Positions 11,709 through 23,350 of a stretch of DNA of 64,000 nucleotides are shown one piece after another. The first letter of the stretch is position 1. Each line of letters opens with the position of its first letter. The position numbers and the translations under genes are program-made. The stretch is taken from contig OU015568.1 in NCBI GenBank assembly GCA_907165135.1, positions 15,573,208 to 15,637,207 of the forward strand. Direction: 5' to 3'. Below the pieces are notes generated by a model that worked only from the letters and a program-made list of their open reading frames with translations, ran no database searches and was not told where the DNA came from. The DNA comes from Oikopleura dioica (lineage: Eukaryota; Animalia; Chordata).

Positions 11709-11933
11709 CGACATTCACCGACATTCGGCGAGATTCAGCGCCATTTGGCGACATTCACTGACATTCGGCGACATTTGATGGCATTCGGCGACATTCAGCG
11801 ACATTTGGCGAGATTCAGCGACATTTACCGACATTCGCCGACATTCACCGACATTCGCCGACATTTGACGACATTCAGCGACATTTGGCGAGATTCAGCG
11901 ACATTCGCCGACATTCAGCAACATTCGGCGACA
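11709..11933. repeat. 10-bp minisatellite, about 22 units of CGACATT(C/T)(G/A)(G/C)
   Basis: Strict 10-nt period visible in the sequence. Confidence 0.95.
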
Positions 11934-12966
11934 TAAGAAGTGTCGCTCAATATTTTTATGCAACCGAGGCAGTCTGCTTCTTTTGCTAAAAAGTAGTTTT
12001 GGAATTTTGGCAATTGGTAAATTGTAAATTTCCGGATTAAAAAACGCGCTTCCACGTTGCGGACTCTAGCCCTTCCTCAAATTATTGACCAATGTTACGA
12101 TCTAGCTTGCTAGACAAAATTACAAAATCTGAGATTGGTGCGGATTTTGGAGCGGAAGAGGTTATTTCAGATGAGGGCGCGAACACAAGAGGATGGTGAC
12201 CACATTTGAGAGGAACCAGATCTCCGAGGCTGAAGAATATGCGGTCGCCGTTTTTGAAGAAAATGATAGCACAGTGCTTTGAGTACTTGCGTTTATTACG
12301 TTTAAACGTGAAGGGGGGCGAACTCGTAACAATTCAAACTCCGTTCGATGACTTTTAAAGCAGGGGTTCTCTCATTGAAATTGTCGACTTAGAGTTTATT
12401 CTTCGTCCATAAACATGATCGCTAGAAGCGTCTAAATATCTCATTATCAATTTGCGAAGTTGTCGATCGAAACGCCATGTATGATTATTTTATAGCCAAT
12501 TATCGCAAATTTACCAAACTCAAGTTGAAACAAGGCTAGACATGACTTACCGCTAGTAGTTTATGTTCGTAGCCTTGTTCGTAGGCGATACCGGATCAAA
12601 CAATTTCCTCTGGAACAACTTGCGCTAGAATTAATAGTAGTAATGAATTTGAACCTGTTTTACTTGAGCAAGTGTAAGCAAGGTCATTCGATGTTCTATC
12701 CTACCGCAATTTTACATACCGCCCAAAATAATAATCATTCTCGACGAGATCGCGAAATGCGCGGAAGAATTCGACGAGGTCAGCGTTACCCAGGGTCATC
12801 TTCGTGCTTTACCGGTATTTCTTTGGCTTGAGCGTAGAATTTTAGAACTTCTTTCTTGCAATATTTTCAACCAAAAAGGTTAATTTTAAAGTCTTTTTAT
12901 CAATAAATAAGTTTTAACAAAAATCTTCTAGATAAAAAATAGCAATTTTTGCATAAAGGATTCTAG

Positions 12967-14796
12967 ATGGAATTCAAGCTTGTTTTTGAGTCCAAAAAAT
13001 TCATTCAAAAAATGACACAAACATCAAAAAAGAGATCATCCGACGAAGGAGAAGATGGTGATTATCGCTCCCTAAAGTACTTTGGGAATATTCCAGAGGA
13101 AAAAAGATACGATTATGTTTCTCTGTCCCTCGAAACTGCTGATACTTTTGGGTGAGTTCTACTTGGCTAAGATCGAAACTGAACTTTGTTTAGCCAGGAA
13201 AAGGTGCTTGTAAGAGCGACTGTAGTCAACGCGCATGGCCGGACAGTTCTCGGTAAGGTTGCAGACGCGAATTTCTAGTGACTCTTTTGCTTAGACGAAT
13301 TTTGCATGCCGCAGTCGAAATACATCATTGACATGCGAACATGGCACCATGGAATCAAAGTCGAAGAGATCCAAGACGAGCAGTGGGAAGAAGAACTCAT
13401 CGACAAGGTTCGCGAGCTGCTGCGCAACAAAATCGTCGTCGGCTTCAACCTTGAGCCGTATTTGAAAGTGCTCGGAGTTACGTACGCCGCTGGAAAGATT
13501 ATTGGGTGATCCACATTTGCTTATTTGATGGACATTTTTCGAGCATTCGCATGAGGATGAAAGTGAATGTGGATTAGATGCAAATGTGGATCACCTTTTA
13601 GTTGCGCGATATTTCCAGAAAGTATACCTTTACTTTGGGATTGGAGGCTCCCACTTTGACTGATCTGGCTGATGAGCATTTAGGAAACAGAATCAAATAT
13701 TTTTTTTAATTTCGAATTGGAAAATTGCGTTTATGAAATGACCGTAAAAATCTACCCGTTTTTGATCCTGTAAGATATGGACTATCCAGCTGAAGATCAC
13801 CATGATTCAATTGAAGAAGCCCGGACTGTCATGAAAATTTTCGTAAGTTCTTTCTTTTTATTTTGAAAAATAAAACTTTTTTTTATCAAGGCAAAGGACT
13901 TTGATAAGTGGGAGAATTCGAAAGAAACGTTGGAAGAAGAGGAAGCTAAGCGAAAGAAAAACTTCAGCCAGGAAGTGAAGAAAGAAGCGTACTACTATTG
14001 CAAGTACTGCGATGTGGCCATGAACTCGCGAGACCAGGAAGACGCGCATCTCGATGGAAAGAAGCACCGAAAGAAACGAAAGCAGTACAACAAGTTGCAC
14101 GGAATCAAGGATTACTCGCCTCCACCAAGACGAAAGAAGGTTACCCCGCCGAGATACGACTCCCGAAGCCGTTCTCGAAGCCGATCGTACTCGTCTTCTA
14201 GCTCTCGATCTCGATCACGAGGTCGAACACGCGGACGCTATCGAAGTCGCTCGCGATCTTACTCCAGCAGCCGATCTCGAAGCTCCTCGCGTGGCCGATC
14301 CAAAGACCGAGTCTATGAAGAGTACAGAAAGGAAAGAAAAGAAGTGGCGAAAGACACCGGCAAACCCCAATACAACAAGTTCGGCGAGCGGATCAACACA
14401 CGGGGATCATCGCCAGCGCCTTCGATGATCGAGAACATGGGCGGCGCAACACCAGCCGTTCATCGATCCCGAACGCCGAAACGATCTCGCTCGCGATCGC
14501 GAACTCCAAGGCGAAAGACACCGCCCCGGAAAGAAAAATCGCGCAGAAAGAGGCGGTACGTCAGCTCTTCTTCGAGTGAAAGCGAAGAATCAGAAAGCTC
14601 GGAAGAATCGATGGCCAGCGATGATTCCATGGACACGATTTATAATAGAAAGCGCTACTCAAAGAAGAAGAAAGCGAAAGCGAAGAAACAGGAAGAAAGT
14701 TCGGAAGAGTCGTTTGCTAGCGATGATTCCAACGATACGATTTATAATAGAAAGCGGTATGCGAAGAAGAAGAAGTCGAAGAAATCCAGGAGATGA
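12967..14796 (+). CDS. Degenerate DEDDh exonuclease (REX4/ISG20/AEN family) fused to a matrin-type C2H2 zinc finger, RS domain and Lys-rich tail; 7 exons
   Basis: Exons 12967-13151, 13194-13252, 13295-13505, 13544-13562, 13602-13683, 13775-13842, 13891-14796 join in frame. Exo motifs YVSLSLET, VRATVVNAHGRTVLDEF, IVVGFNLEPYLKVL, HHDSIEEARTVMKIF; zinc finger YYCKYCDVAMNSRDQEDAHLDGKKH; SRSRSRS tracts. Confidence 0.85.
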
Positions 14797-15862
14797 ATTA
14801 TCTCTCCCCGGAACGCGAAAAATACTCATTTATCTACAAATAAACAGTTACCTTTACCAATCTTTGACATTGTCTGCCCTCCATTGAATTTATCACACCA
14901 GTTCTAGAATCTGACAGATTGTATTTTCTCGCTGCATTTAGAGATGCGTTCTCCTTGCCGCGGAATTTCTCATTCAACGTTCACTACAAAGTGTTACTTA
15001 CCGTTTACTCTTGTTCAAATCTGCTGCCTCAAGCTCTCTTATAAAGAGTACTTTTGTAAAAAGGGTGAAATTTTTTGGGGGGAGTCGAGAAATGCGGAAA
15101 TATTTAAAGAACGATAAGAGAAAACGCAATCGATTTTAGTCGATTTTAAATGGATAAACTCTAGGGTTTCGATCTTCCGGTTTTCAGAAAAGGTAAAATC
15201 CGGTAGCTCTGCGTCGTAAGAAAAAACAAGATCGTAGGAGATAAGGGTATGTATAGAGAAAAAACGCTGGGCAAGCTAGAACAGGGCGGAAAAAAATTAC
15301 ACTAGTGGCTGAGTCATTATTTTTAATGTCATTATTTTCGGCTGAAGAAGAAATTTCATAAGATTTTGATTTGGGCGAGGGTATTTTCATTCGGTTGAGA
15401 TAGGCGCCAATGTTTTTTCAAAAGGTGAAGCTAAGTTTCCTCAAAGCTGAGGTTATCGCCAACGCGGTTGCGGAAAAATATCAAACTCGCATAACCACAC
15501 TGGTAGTCAACCTTTCTTACATCTTCTTCCTTCTCATTATGTAGATGTACATAGAAAACGAAAATTTCAATGCAAAATTTCAGCTTGAATTTAACAATTC
15601 TTCCCTCAGAAACCCTAACCCTAACTCTAACCCTAACCCCTTGACTAAGGGGCCCTTAGTTAGGGCCACACTTCGAGAATAGCTAGTTACAGTAAAAATC
15701 TTACTGTAAGAAGAAAAAATAAGCTGAAAGTAAGTAAGTGCAAGACTACTCAAGTACGGTGTTCTTACTCTTATCTCGATCCGATATGCAAAAAGGGAAA
15801 ATATTTTTACAGCGATTGGGGATGCCACAGTCTGGTGCCGGCGGACAATTTTCAACCCGCTT

Positions 15863-16190
15863 TCAAGTCTTTCTTTTGGTGTTTCCGTCGATCCACGTTG
15901 AGCGAAAATATTGAGAAATTTTTGAAATTTTAGAAGCAGGAAGATAACGTAACACTTTTTGGAGTCCTGGAGTCACCTTTCTTCGTGGAATGGCTCGAAT
16001 CTTGCTAAGGGCCTTGCTAACGTAGTAATTGATATGCAAATGTGTGAACGCACTCTTAACCGCTCGGAATCGGCATATTTTGATAGGCGAGGTGTCATCC
16101 TCAGTGCGTCCTTCGGGAAAGGTGATCGATGTTTCAGCTCTCGAAGCGGTAATTAGCGCCATTCAGCGGCAACCGGTTATTAGACGGCCC
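15863..16190 (-). pseudogene. Decayed Mutator-like (MULE) transposase fragment
   Basis: LITGCR*MALITA (cf. ITDFExALINA), PIKICRF (cf. CxFH), YFRSTWIDG (cf. YFExTWI); internal stop and catalytic residues lost. Confidence 0.6.
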
Positions 16191-16288
16191 AAGCGGAGCC
16201 ACTCAGACCCAATCAATCTGGAAAAACAAATCTACTCTTCCGGTACCGTAAACTCCCAATATTCCCGCTCAGATCAATAAGATTGACT

Positions 16289-16580
16289 CAGGGGTCTGGA
16301 TTCGCTTAGCGATTTCGCTCATAAGCGATTTCGCTTTTTGTAATTTCGATTCGCTTCGCTTCGCTTTCGCTTTTTGTTATTCTAACTCGCTTTCGCTTTT
16401 CACAATTTTAGCCAATTTTAGCCTCCATAGAATTGGGAAAGATTTCGCGATTTTTCGCTTTTTGAGAAAAATTTTCGCTTCGCTTTCGCTTTTGTAATTT
16501 TAATTCGCTTCGTTTTCGCTTTAAATTTTCAGAAAATTTTCGCTTTCGCTTTTCATTTTCGGCCAAAATCCAGATCCCTG
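16289..16580. mobile_element. hAT-like MITE with TTCGCT subterminal arrays
   Basis: TIR CAGGGGTCTGGA / TCCAGATCCCTG, flanking duplication ATTGACT (7-8 bp). Confidence 0.85.
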
Positions 16581-17288
16581 ATTGACTCATAATACTACCT
16601 TCTTGATCCGTCATTTTAACTTTAACCTGCCATGAACACATCCCAGACGCTCCAAAAAAACCGCAAGATGCAAGCTCTTATCCATGTCTACGTAAAAAAT
16701 CACGTGATTAATGTATGTATATTGACCGTTAATCTAATCACGCGTACTTTGGACGACAGGGGGATGTGGTCATGTGATTTAATCACCTTTTATCGGTATA
16801 TGTAACGTCATACGAAACTATGATAGTATGATAGTGTTCCATGTTACCGCATTTTTTTCTTGAATATGCATTTTTATCTACCCTGCTTTTACATGCTTGT
16901 TTTCAGGTCATTTGAGTTGAACCGGGAAATTTTAAATGAGGACACAGTATTTTGAGCTTGTAGTAAATTTGTTTTATTCCAAAGAAAAACTGGCGTGAAC
17001 AAGTGTATTTTTTACAATAAGTTTGAATTTACATTTGGCATTTCGCACTGGAAAAATGCAAAAAATCTGCGTTGAAGTCATGTTTTACAGAAAAATTGGT
17101 ACAACTTTTTTTCGCTCCACGGTCTTTTTCGAAGCTGGTAGTGATTTTCTCACCAGAGCTTAGTGAAAAAAAGGTTGATGGAAAAAAAGAGGAATCGTGG
17201 TGGCGGATGTCGGATCGAATTTTCGGCGATTTCGTCCGACTCGGCCGCTAAAAGGTCGAAATAAATTAGAAATCAGGCGCAATTCTCT

Positions 17289-20200
17289 TTAACTAAGGCC
17301 GAAGAGCACAGAAAAATCGTCGGAGAAGGGCGAGTTTTGGAAAAGAGACGATTCCAAATCCGAGCTTGGAACTTCTGAACTCGAGAAGAAATCGGATGCA
17401 CTGTTTTGTGATGAGTTAAGTTGGCTCGAAAGTTGATTATTTTGATTTTGACTATTATGGTTGTTGTGATGATTTTGATTTGGTTGGGAGTTGTTTAGGG
17501 AGTTGGCATGACTGTGGTGGTTGTTGGTCTGATGCTGTGAGAGATTGTGATTGTTTGTTTGTTGTTGTTGAAGATGGAGAGGAGGTTGGCTGTTGTTAGA
17601 AATGATCGTGTCATTGTGGAGCATGCTGTGCCACGGCGACGAGTTCTGCTCGACGGAGGACTCCATAGATACCACCGGCCGGGAGTTCATATCGCGGCTT
17701 AAACACGGTTTAGGACGGAGATAATAAAAACCCTCGTGTAAACGAGCAAATATCGAAACTGCGTTTTGATAAAATTAGAAGTTGATGATTACCTATTGCA
17801 TGTGACCGGGCTCCGTCTGCTGAGCAACTGATTGATCGGATCAAGCGTGTTCTGTTCCTGGATAATCCCTATTCGTCCGGCTCGGGTCAAATTGTAATCT
17901 TTTGATTTAAAAACTTTACGTTCCTCTTTATCTATTATTTCTTTCCTCGGGGCGATCAGAGAGATGAGAGAATATCGCTAAATTTAAGCCTCCTGAAATG
18001 GGAAGAAATTAAGGGTATACGCCCCGATCGAGCGGGTTTATGGAAAATGGCCTTTCCGGAAGAACAGTGGGTAATCCTTTCCTGAGGTTGAGGAGGCTCG
18101 TACCAGGAGCCGTTTGAAACCATCGTGTCTACTTGCGACAGCTGATCAAGCTCGAAGCTCTGCGACTTGAGCGGGCTTAGCTCAGAGCCAATGCCGGAAT
18201 TGGAGCGGTGGCTCGGTGTTGTTTCAGAGCCAGATCCGGAATAGGCAGAATCGGACGCCGGCGAGCCGGAGGCAGACCACAGGGGAGATACCGGCTGATA
18301 GACGTAGACACTGAAAATACGAACGTCAGATAAATGTCAAGAAAGCCGCCAGATGCGGTAGCTACGATTGATTAAAGCAGAAATTAGAAATTAGATCAAT
18401 TAGAAAGTTGTCTGTTTAATTTTTCTCAACTCTCGGAGAAATTAATCCGCCCTAGAAAATCCCTTTAGAATTGGCATTTGGAGAGAGCGTTCTCTTCGTT
18501 CACCCCAGGTGGCAGAAGACTGCAAAAGGTGATCCCGCGTTCAACCCCGAGCTCATCGCCTGCTATTTCTAGCCACGTTTTCTAATCCCTTTTACGGCTC
18601 GGCAACGGCTCCGAGCTTCTAATGCATTGCTTTCATATGTTTATCCGTCTTTTAGAGGTGTCTTACGTGGTTGAAAAGTTCACTCTACCGGTCGGCAATT
18701 ATTTTTTATTCAATCAGCCAAAATTGTTTCCAAAATTTAACCTCTAAAAAGATATCGGGAAGAAACTTTAATTGCCGTCAAAATATGAGTGTAATTAAAG
18801 AAAAAGTCCCTGTAGATTGTTTGACTCAAAACAGCTCTACACCTTTGTGATTGCAAAAATGACTAGAATTCCCAAAAGAAAGAGGCGTTTTTAGATTGAG
18901 TATGTACAAACTATTGGGAGCTGGGCTCGGCAACCTGTGTAGAAAACCTGAGTCAGGGTCATACAGAAGAGAAATGAAAAGCCGCGCAGCGGCTTTTTTA
19001 AAAGACGAAGCCGCGAAGACTTTTAAGGTTAACGAAGTTTTCCAGCACACTTCCGGCTTATAAACCCCAGAACACCATACCTTTTCAGAATCAACAGAGA
19101 ATTTCAAGAATTTTGACCCTTTAAAATTCTAGAAATCTCCACTTCCGGTCGATTCTAGAGCCGGAAGTTGACGAAATTTGGGAGTATGGGCAACTTGTGG
19201 CTTATCAAATTGATTCTCAGAAGATTCCCTATCAACTTAGAGAAGAATCAATCCCGGTCACGGTGAAATCAAACGCTTAAAACTGAAAAAAAAATTCATA
19301 AATCAATGCATATTTTCGTAGTTTTGGCGGTCGGTTTGACCGCGGTTGGATTTGTTTCTTTGAATGAATCGATAATGAGATGACTCAGAATCTTCTGAGC
19401 ATCAATTTGATGGGTCACACTTTATACATATTCGAAAATTTCGTCAACTTCCGGCTCTAGAATCGACCGGAAGTGGAGATTTCTAGAATTTTAAAGGGTC
19501 AAAATTCTTGAAATTTTCTGCTGATTCTGAAAAGGTATGGTGTTCTGGGGTTTATAAGCCGGAAGTGGGCTGGAAAACTTCGTTAACCTTAAAAAAAGCA
19601 CGTCGAAGCGGCTTCGCCAGAATTTCTGATAGTTTGTAATGGAAATATTAGCAAAGCCGCTTCGCGGCTTCGTTTTTAAAAAAGCCGCTGCGCGGCTTTT
19701 CATTTCTCTTCTTTATGACCCTGACTCAGGTTTTCTACACAGGTTGCCGAGCCCAGATTGGGAGAAAAGTTGAGATTGAGCTGGAATTGATGAAGCTCTC
19801 TAAGCTTGTTGACTCAAAATATACGAAGCTGACACGTCTACACGGTTTTTTCTAGCTCCCATCATTTGATTTTATTAAAATTCACTTTGTTTTTACCTTT
19901 CACTGCTCGTCGAAGGGGAGGAGGCGTGCTCGGGCGTTCCCACATCTGACCCGTCAAACCTAAAACCCGTTAGTCCGTGTGTTCTAGAGCAAATCCCCTT
20001 TTCGAGGGATTTGAGGGACTCGATTTCGAGAGTTTGAGGAGTCTCGTGGTACTTGTTGAAGTTGGTGTTGTTGTTCTGATTGTTGTGGCCGGCGGAGATC
20101 TGAGGCTGATTGTCGGGCTCTTGTTTGACCTGCTGGTTGTTCGGAGTTGCTGTTTTGTGCGCTTGGATCTGCGCGCCCTGCGCTTGGAGCTTGTCCAGGT

Positions 20201-22436
20201 TGACTTGCGCGGTGGCGATGACTGGACTTACCCGCTGCTCGCCCGAGCCAGCGTTTGACATTTCCATCCTTCGCGCCACCGGCTGCACTCGACTATTGTG
20301 GCCATTCAAAGTGTGGCTGCTTTGATGAATCGAAATAGGCTGCTCGCTTGTGGTCGTCTTTGGTGCCGCAGTCGCGATTTGGCAGCGCTTTATATTCGCA
20401 GTTCCGAGTTTGAAGGGATTGAACGCCAGCACCACTTGTTTGCGGATGACTTTACCGTTTACTGTCGCTGTCGTCGTGGCAGTTGTTGGCGTGCCAGTCG
20501 TAAGCGTGACTTTTGGCAGCTTGATTGGCGGTGGATCGGACTCGCAAGGCTCGGAGAATCCAGCGTCTATTTCTTGCTTGATGACGACTGGAACGGCCGC
20601 TTTTCGCTTTGGAGCGGCGGGTTTCTAGCAATTTCAGGTTAGTCTTCGTTGAACAAACAGTCTGGATCTTACCTGGATGACCGGCTTGGTCTCGAGCACT
20701 TCCTTCTTAATTGTGACGTTCTCCGTTAACCTCAGGGTTTCATCGATCTCGGACTTTTGGGCGCCGTATCTACAAATATGATGTTACAAAAACATGTACT
20801 AAAAATATTGACAACATGGGTAGAGGAGGTCACAATCTCTCGTTATAAAAAAGTAAGGTTCAAGGAAAACTGGGCTCGGCAACCTGTGTAGAAAACCTGA
20901 GTCAGGGTGTGAAAGATCTCAAATGAAAAGCCGCGTAGCGGCTTTTTTGAAAACGAAGCCGCAAAGCGGCTTCGCCAAAACTCGTAAATTGAATGAAAAA
21001 TATTTTTTGCGAAGCCGCCTTGCGGCTTCGTTCTCAAAAAAGCCGCTACGCGACTTCTCATTGAAGATCTTCCAGACCCTGAATCAGGTTTTCTACACAA
21101 GTTGCCGAGCCCAGAAGGAAAAGGTTCAAAATTATGAAAATTGAGCGTTCAAAATTGAGCTCCGGCAAGATAGCGGGTGTTATTTCGCAAATTATGGTTT
21201 TCACATTACCCAAAAGAGACTAACCAAGTCACTTGAATATTTTGGTATCGGGCCGGGTGCGCTACTTAGCGTTCAGTATAAATTGCTTTTTCTCAGAAGA
21301 TTTGATATTCTACCGGGCGAAAATTGCATTTCAGCCTCTCTTGCGACCGCGGGAATGTTTTATTTCAAACTACAGGCCATCAAATTAGCTACATTCTTGC
21401 TAGGAAGTTGAAAATGGGTAGTTTGGTGCTTTTCGGTTTAATTAGTTTCAACACGTTTTGGAAGCCTGTTCAAAGCAAGACCACGAGGGCGAGGTGAAAG
21501 TTATTCACTACACGATAAATTAATTGGCGACTCCCAAATGTTTAACACAAAAGCAAGGAGATGGGAAAATTCTACAACACTAAACATGGGCGAAAGAAAA
21601 AAGTACAAAATCAGTTCATTTGAACTTTTTTTCTCAGAAAAAATGCTAAATTGCGAAAATGACAAATTTAAATTTCAGCCCTTTTTTTAAATGCTTCTCA
21701 TGACAACTCATTGTTACGCAAATGGCGCGCTCCGTTGAACGCACGCTGAGTTGCCCTGTTATCAAGACGTTTGCTTTTGGCGAAAATGTGCAGTTAGGGA
21801 GGCTCAACCGCAGACGCTGGGAACCAAGCCAAAAATCAGCATGCGTTTTTACGTCCTCTCAGTCGGAAAAAGGGGGAATTGGAGAATCGCAACGCTCAGA
21901 AAAGAAGCTGTAATTCGAACTTTTTCAAGAACCTTACGGACTAAAAATTAAGGGTGTCTATAAGTTAGAGGGTTAGCTTTTACATAAGACTTAAAATAAG
22001 GGTATCCGATCAAAAAGAAAAGTCTGAAAAAAAATTTAATTTAAAAAAAAAATAATTAAAAATAAAATAAAAAAATTAAAAATAATTTTTGAAAGGTCAG
22101 GAACTCTATTGCCGAACTTTTTTTCATGTCGAATAAAAATTCTAAAAAATATGAATAAGCGACTTACTTTTGCATAACCGACGTGAGCGTGCCCCTTAGA
22201 GCGCAATTTTCCATTTTGAGAATTGAGTTGTTCCTGGAAAGTTCAGCAACTCTTCTTTCGAGCTCTAGCATCTTTTGCTTCTTTCGTTCTCGCGCTGCAA
22301 GAGCAGATTCTCTGTTCCTCAGCTTTTTCTTCATTTCCTTGTCTTCGATCGCCGACAAAGCGGGTCCATTTCGACCCGGTCCATTTTGCGGCTTCGGCAG
22401 GACCGGCAGGACCTGCTGCGCCGTTGGAAACGGCAT
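17289..22436 (-). CDS. XBP1-like (ATF/CREB class) bZIP transcription factor, 7 exons, about 586 aa
   Basis: bZIP KKLRNRESALAARERKKQKMLELERRVAELSRNNSILKMENCAL. Exons 22436-22168, 20769-20673, 20624-19996, 19959-19897, 18310-18082, 17857-17793, 17697-17289 have matching phases and total 1761 nt; two introns are GA-AG. Confidence 0.85.
18921..19756. mobile_element. Family-A MITE in a bZIP intron, carrying a nested element
   Basis: Intact TIRs, perfect 8-bp TSD ATTGGGAG. Confidence 0.95.
19027..19588. mobile_element. Kolobok-like MITE nested in the family-A copy
   Basis: TTAA on both sides, GG...CC termini, TIRs of about 153 bp. Confidence 0.88.
20870..21114. mobile_element. Family-A MITE in bZIP intron 1
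   Basis: Intact TIRs, perfect TSD AAGGAAAA. Confidence 0.95.
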
Positions 22437-23234
22437 GTGTGTTTTTGTTGGCTTTTTAGCTTTTCCTGTCTTGCTGTTCGTCTGTTTTCTTGGGAGAAAG
22501 AAGATGGGCTAGTAGTGGTGTCGATTGGTTATTTTCGTTTTACTTCATGCGGCCCAATCTGCCCCAATCTGAAATATTTATTAGCTCGGAAGTACGCGGG
22601 GGAAGCTACTAAAAGGGCTATCTGATTTTTGATTCTCTGAATTAACTGATGTTATAACTGTCCATTTTTACGAAAGTTTGAAATAATAAATAATCCAAAT
22701 AGAGTCTGAATTATGAAAGTGCTGAATAAGATTTGTCACGTGGGAGTGGCCGGCGCCAGATTTTCAAATTTTCAATTAGTGGTCTCTTTGAAATTTCTCG
22801 ACCCTAACTCTCTCTTGTTTTATAGAAGAAATTATCTCAAAAATGCAAAGAAGGGATCAAAAGAATCATTGCGAAGTTGTCAACGCGCTGCCCAGCTTGG
22901 GACAGCTCTGCGGTCATTGCGTCGCAGTTCAGAACAGCTAACGCAACGTAAATCGCGCTCAACGCACTCATAATCTTTTCACAGCTTAAAGCTTAATCAC
23001 AGCTTAAAGAAATTCTTTTCGTATTCATAAGCCAATTACATGCATTATCTATAAGAATAATTGCGCATCGTCTTCATTTTTTAACAAGAATTTCTTCAAA
23101 AAGGGGGGTTGAACTCGATTTTCAAGCATAAAAATTTTCTCACTAAGTTTACAATCAAAGCGATACCCTTATTTTACCGTCTCAAAGGCAAAAATTTCAA
23201 AATCTTGAAGTAATATGATTCAGATTGCAATTTC

Positions 23235-23344
23235 GGCGAAGCCGCTCCGCGGCTTCGTTATCAAAAAAGCCGCTCCGCGGCTATTTTTTGGACCTCCTCC
23301 ATAGTTTTGGTTAGGGTTAGGTTTTCATGCAGTTAACCGAGCCC
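23235..23344. mobile_element. Family-A MITE right half, degenerate
   Basis: Two AAGCCGC hairpins followed by a degenerate ...CCGAGCCC end. Confidence 0.65.
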
Positions 23345-23350
23345 CTATTT

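Noticed and set aside
11556-11936. 126-aa ORF and CRISPR-like appearance of the 10-bp array
   Set aside because: No unique spacers and no cas genes; the ORF is a by-product of a stop-poor repeat.
20843-21144. Recurring MKSRVAAF-type ORFs (also 18826, 19491, 40266, 46555, 47415)
   Set aside because: Translations of family-A MITE arms, not genes.
22183-22625. Plus-strand ORFs over the bZIP exon, and similar ORFs at 19977-20642, 37273-37575, 59665-59913, 830-1165 and 2962-3249
   Set aside because: Antisense or alternate-frame shadows of real coding sequence.
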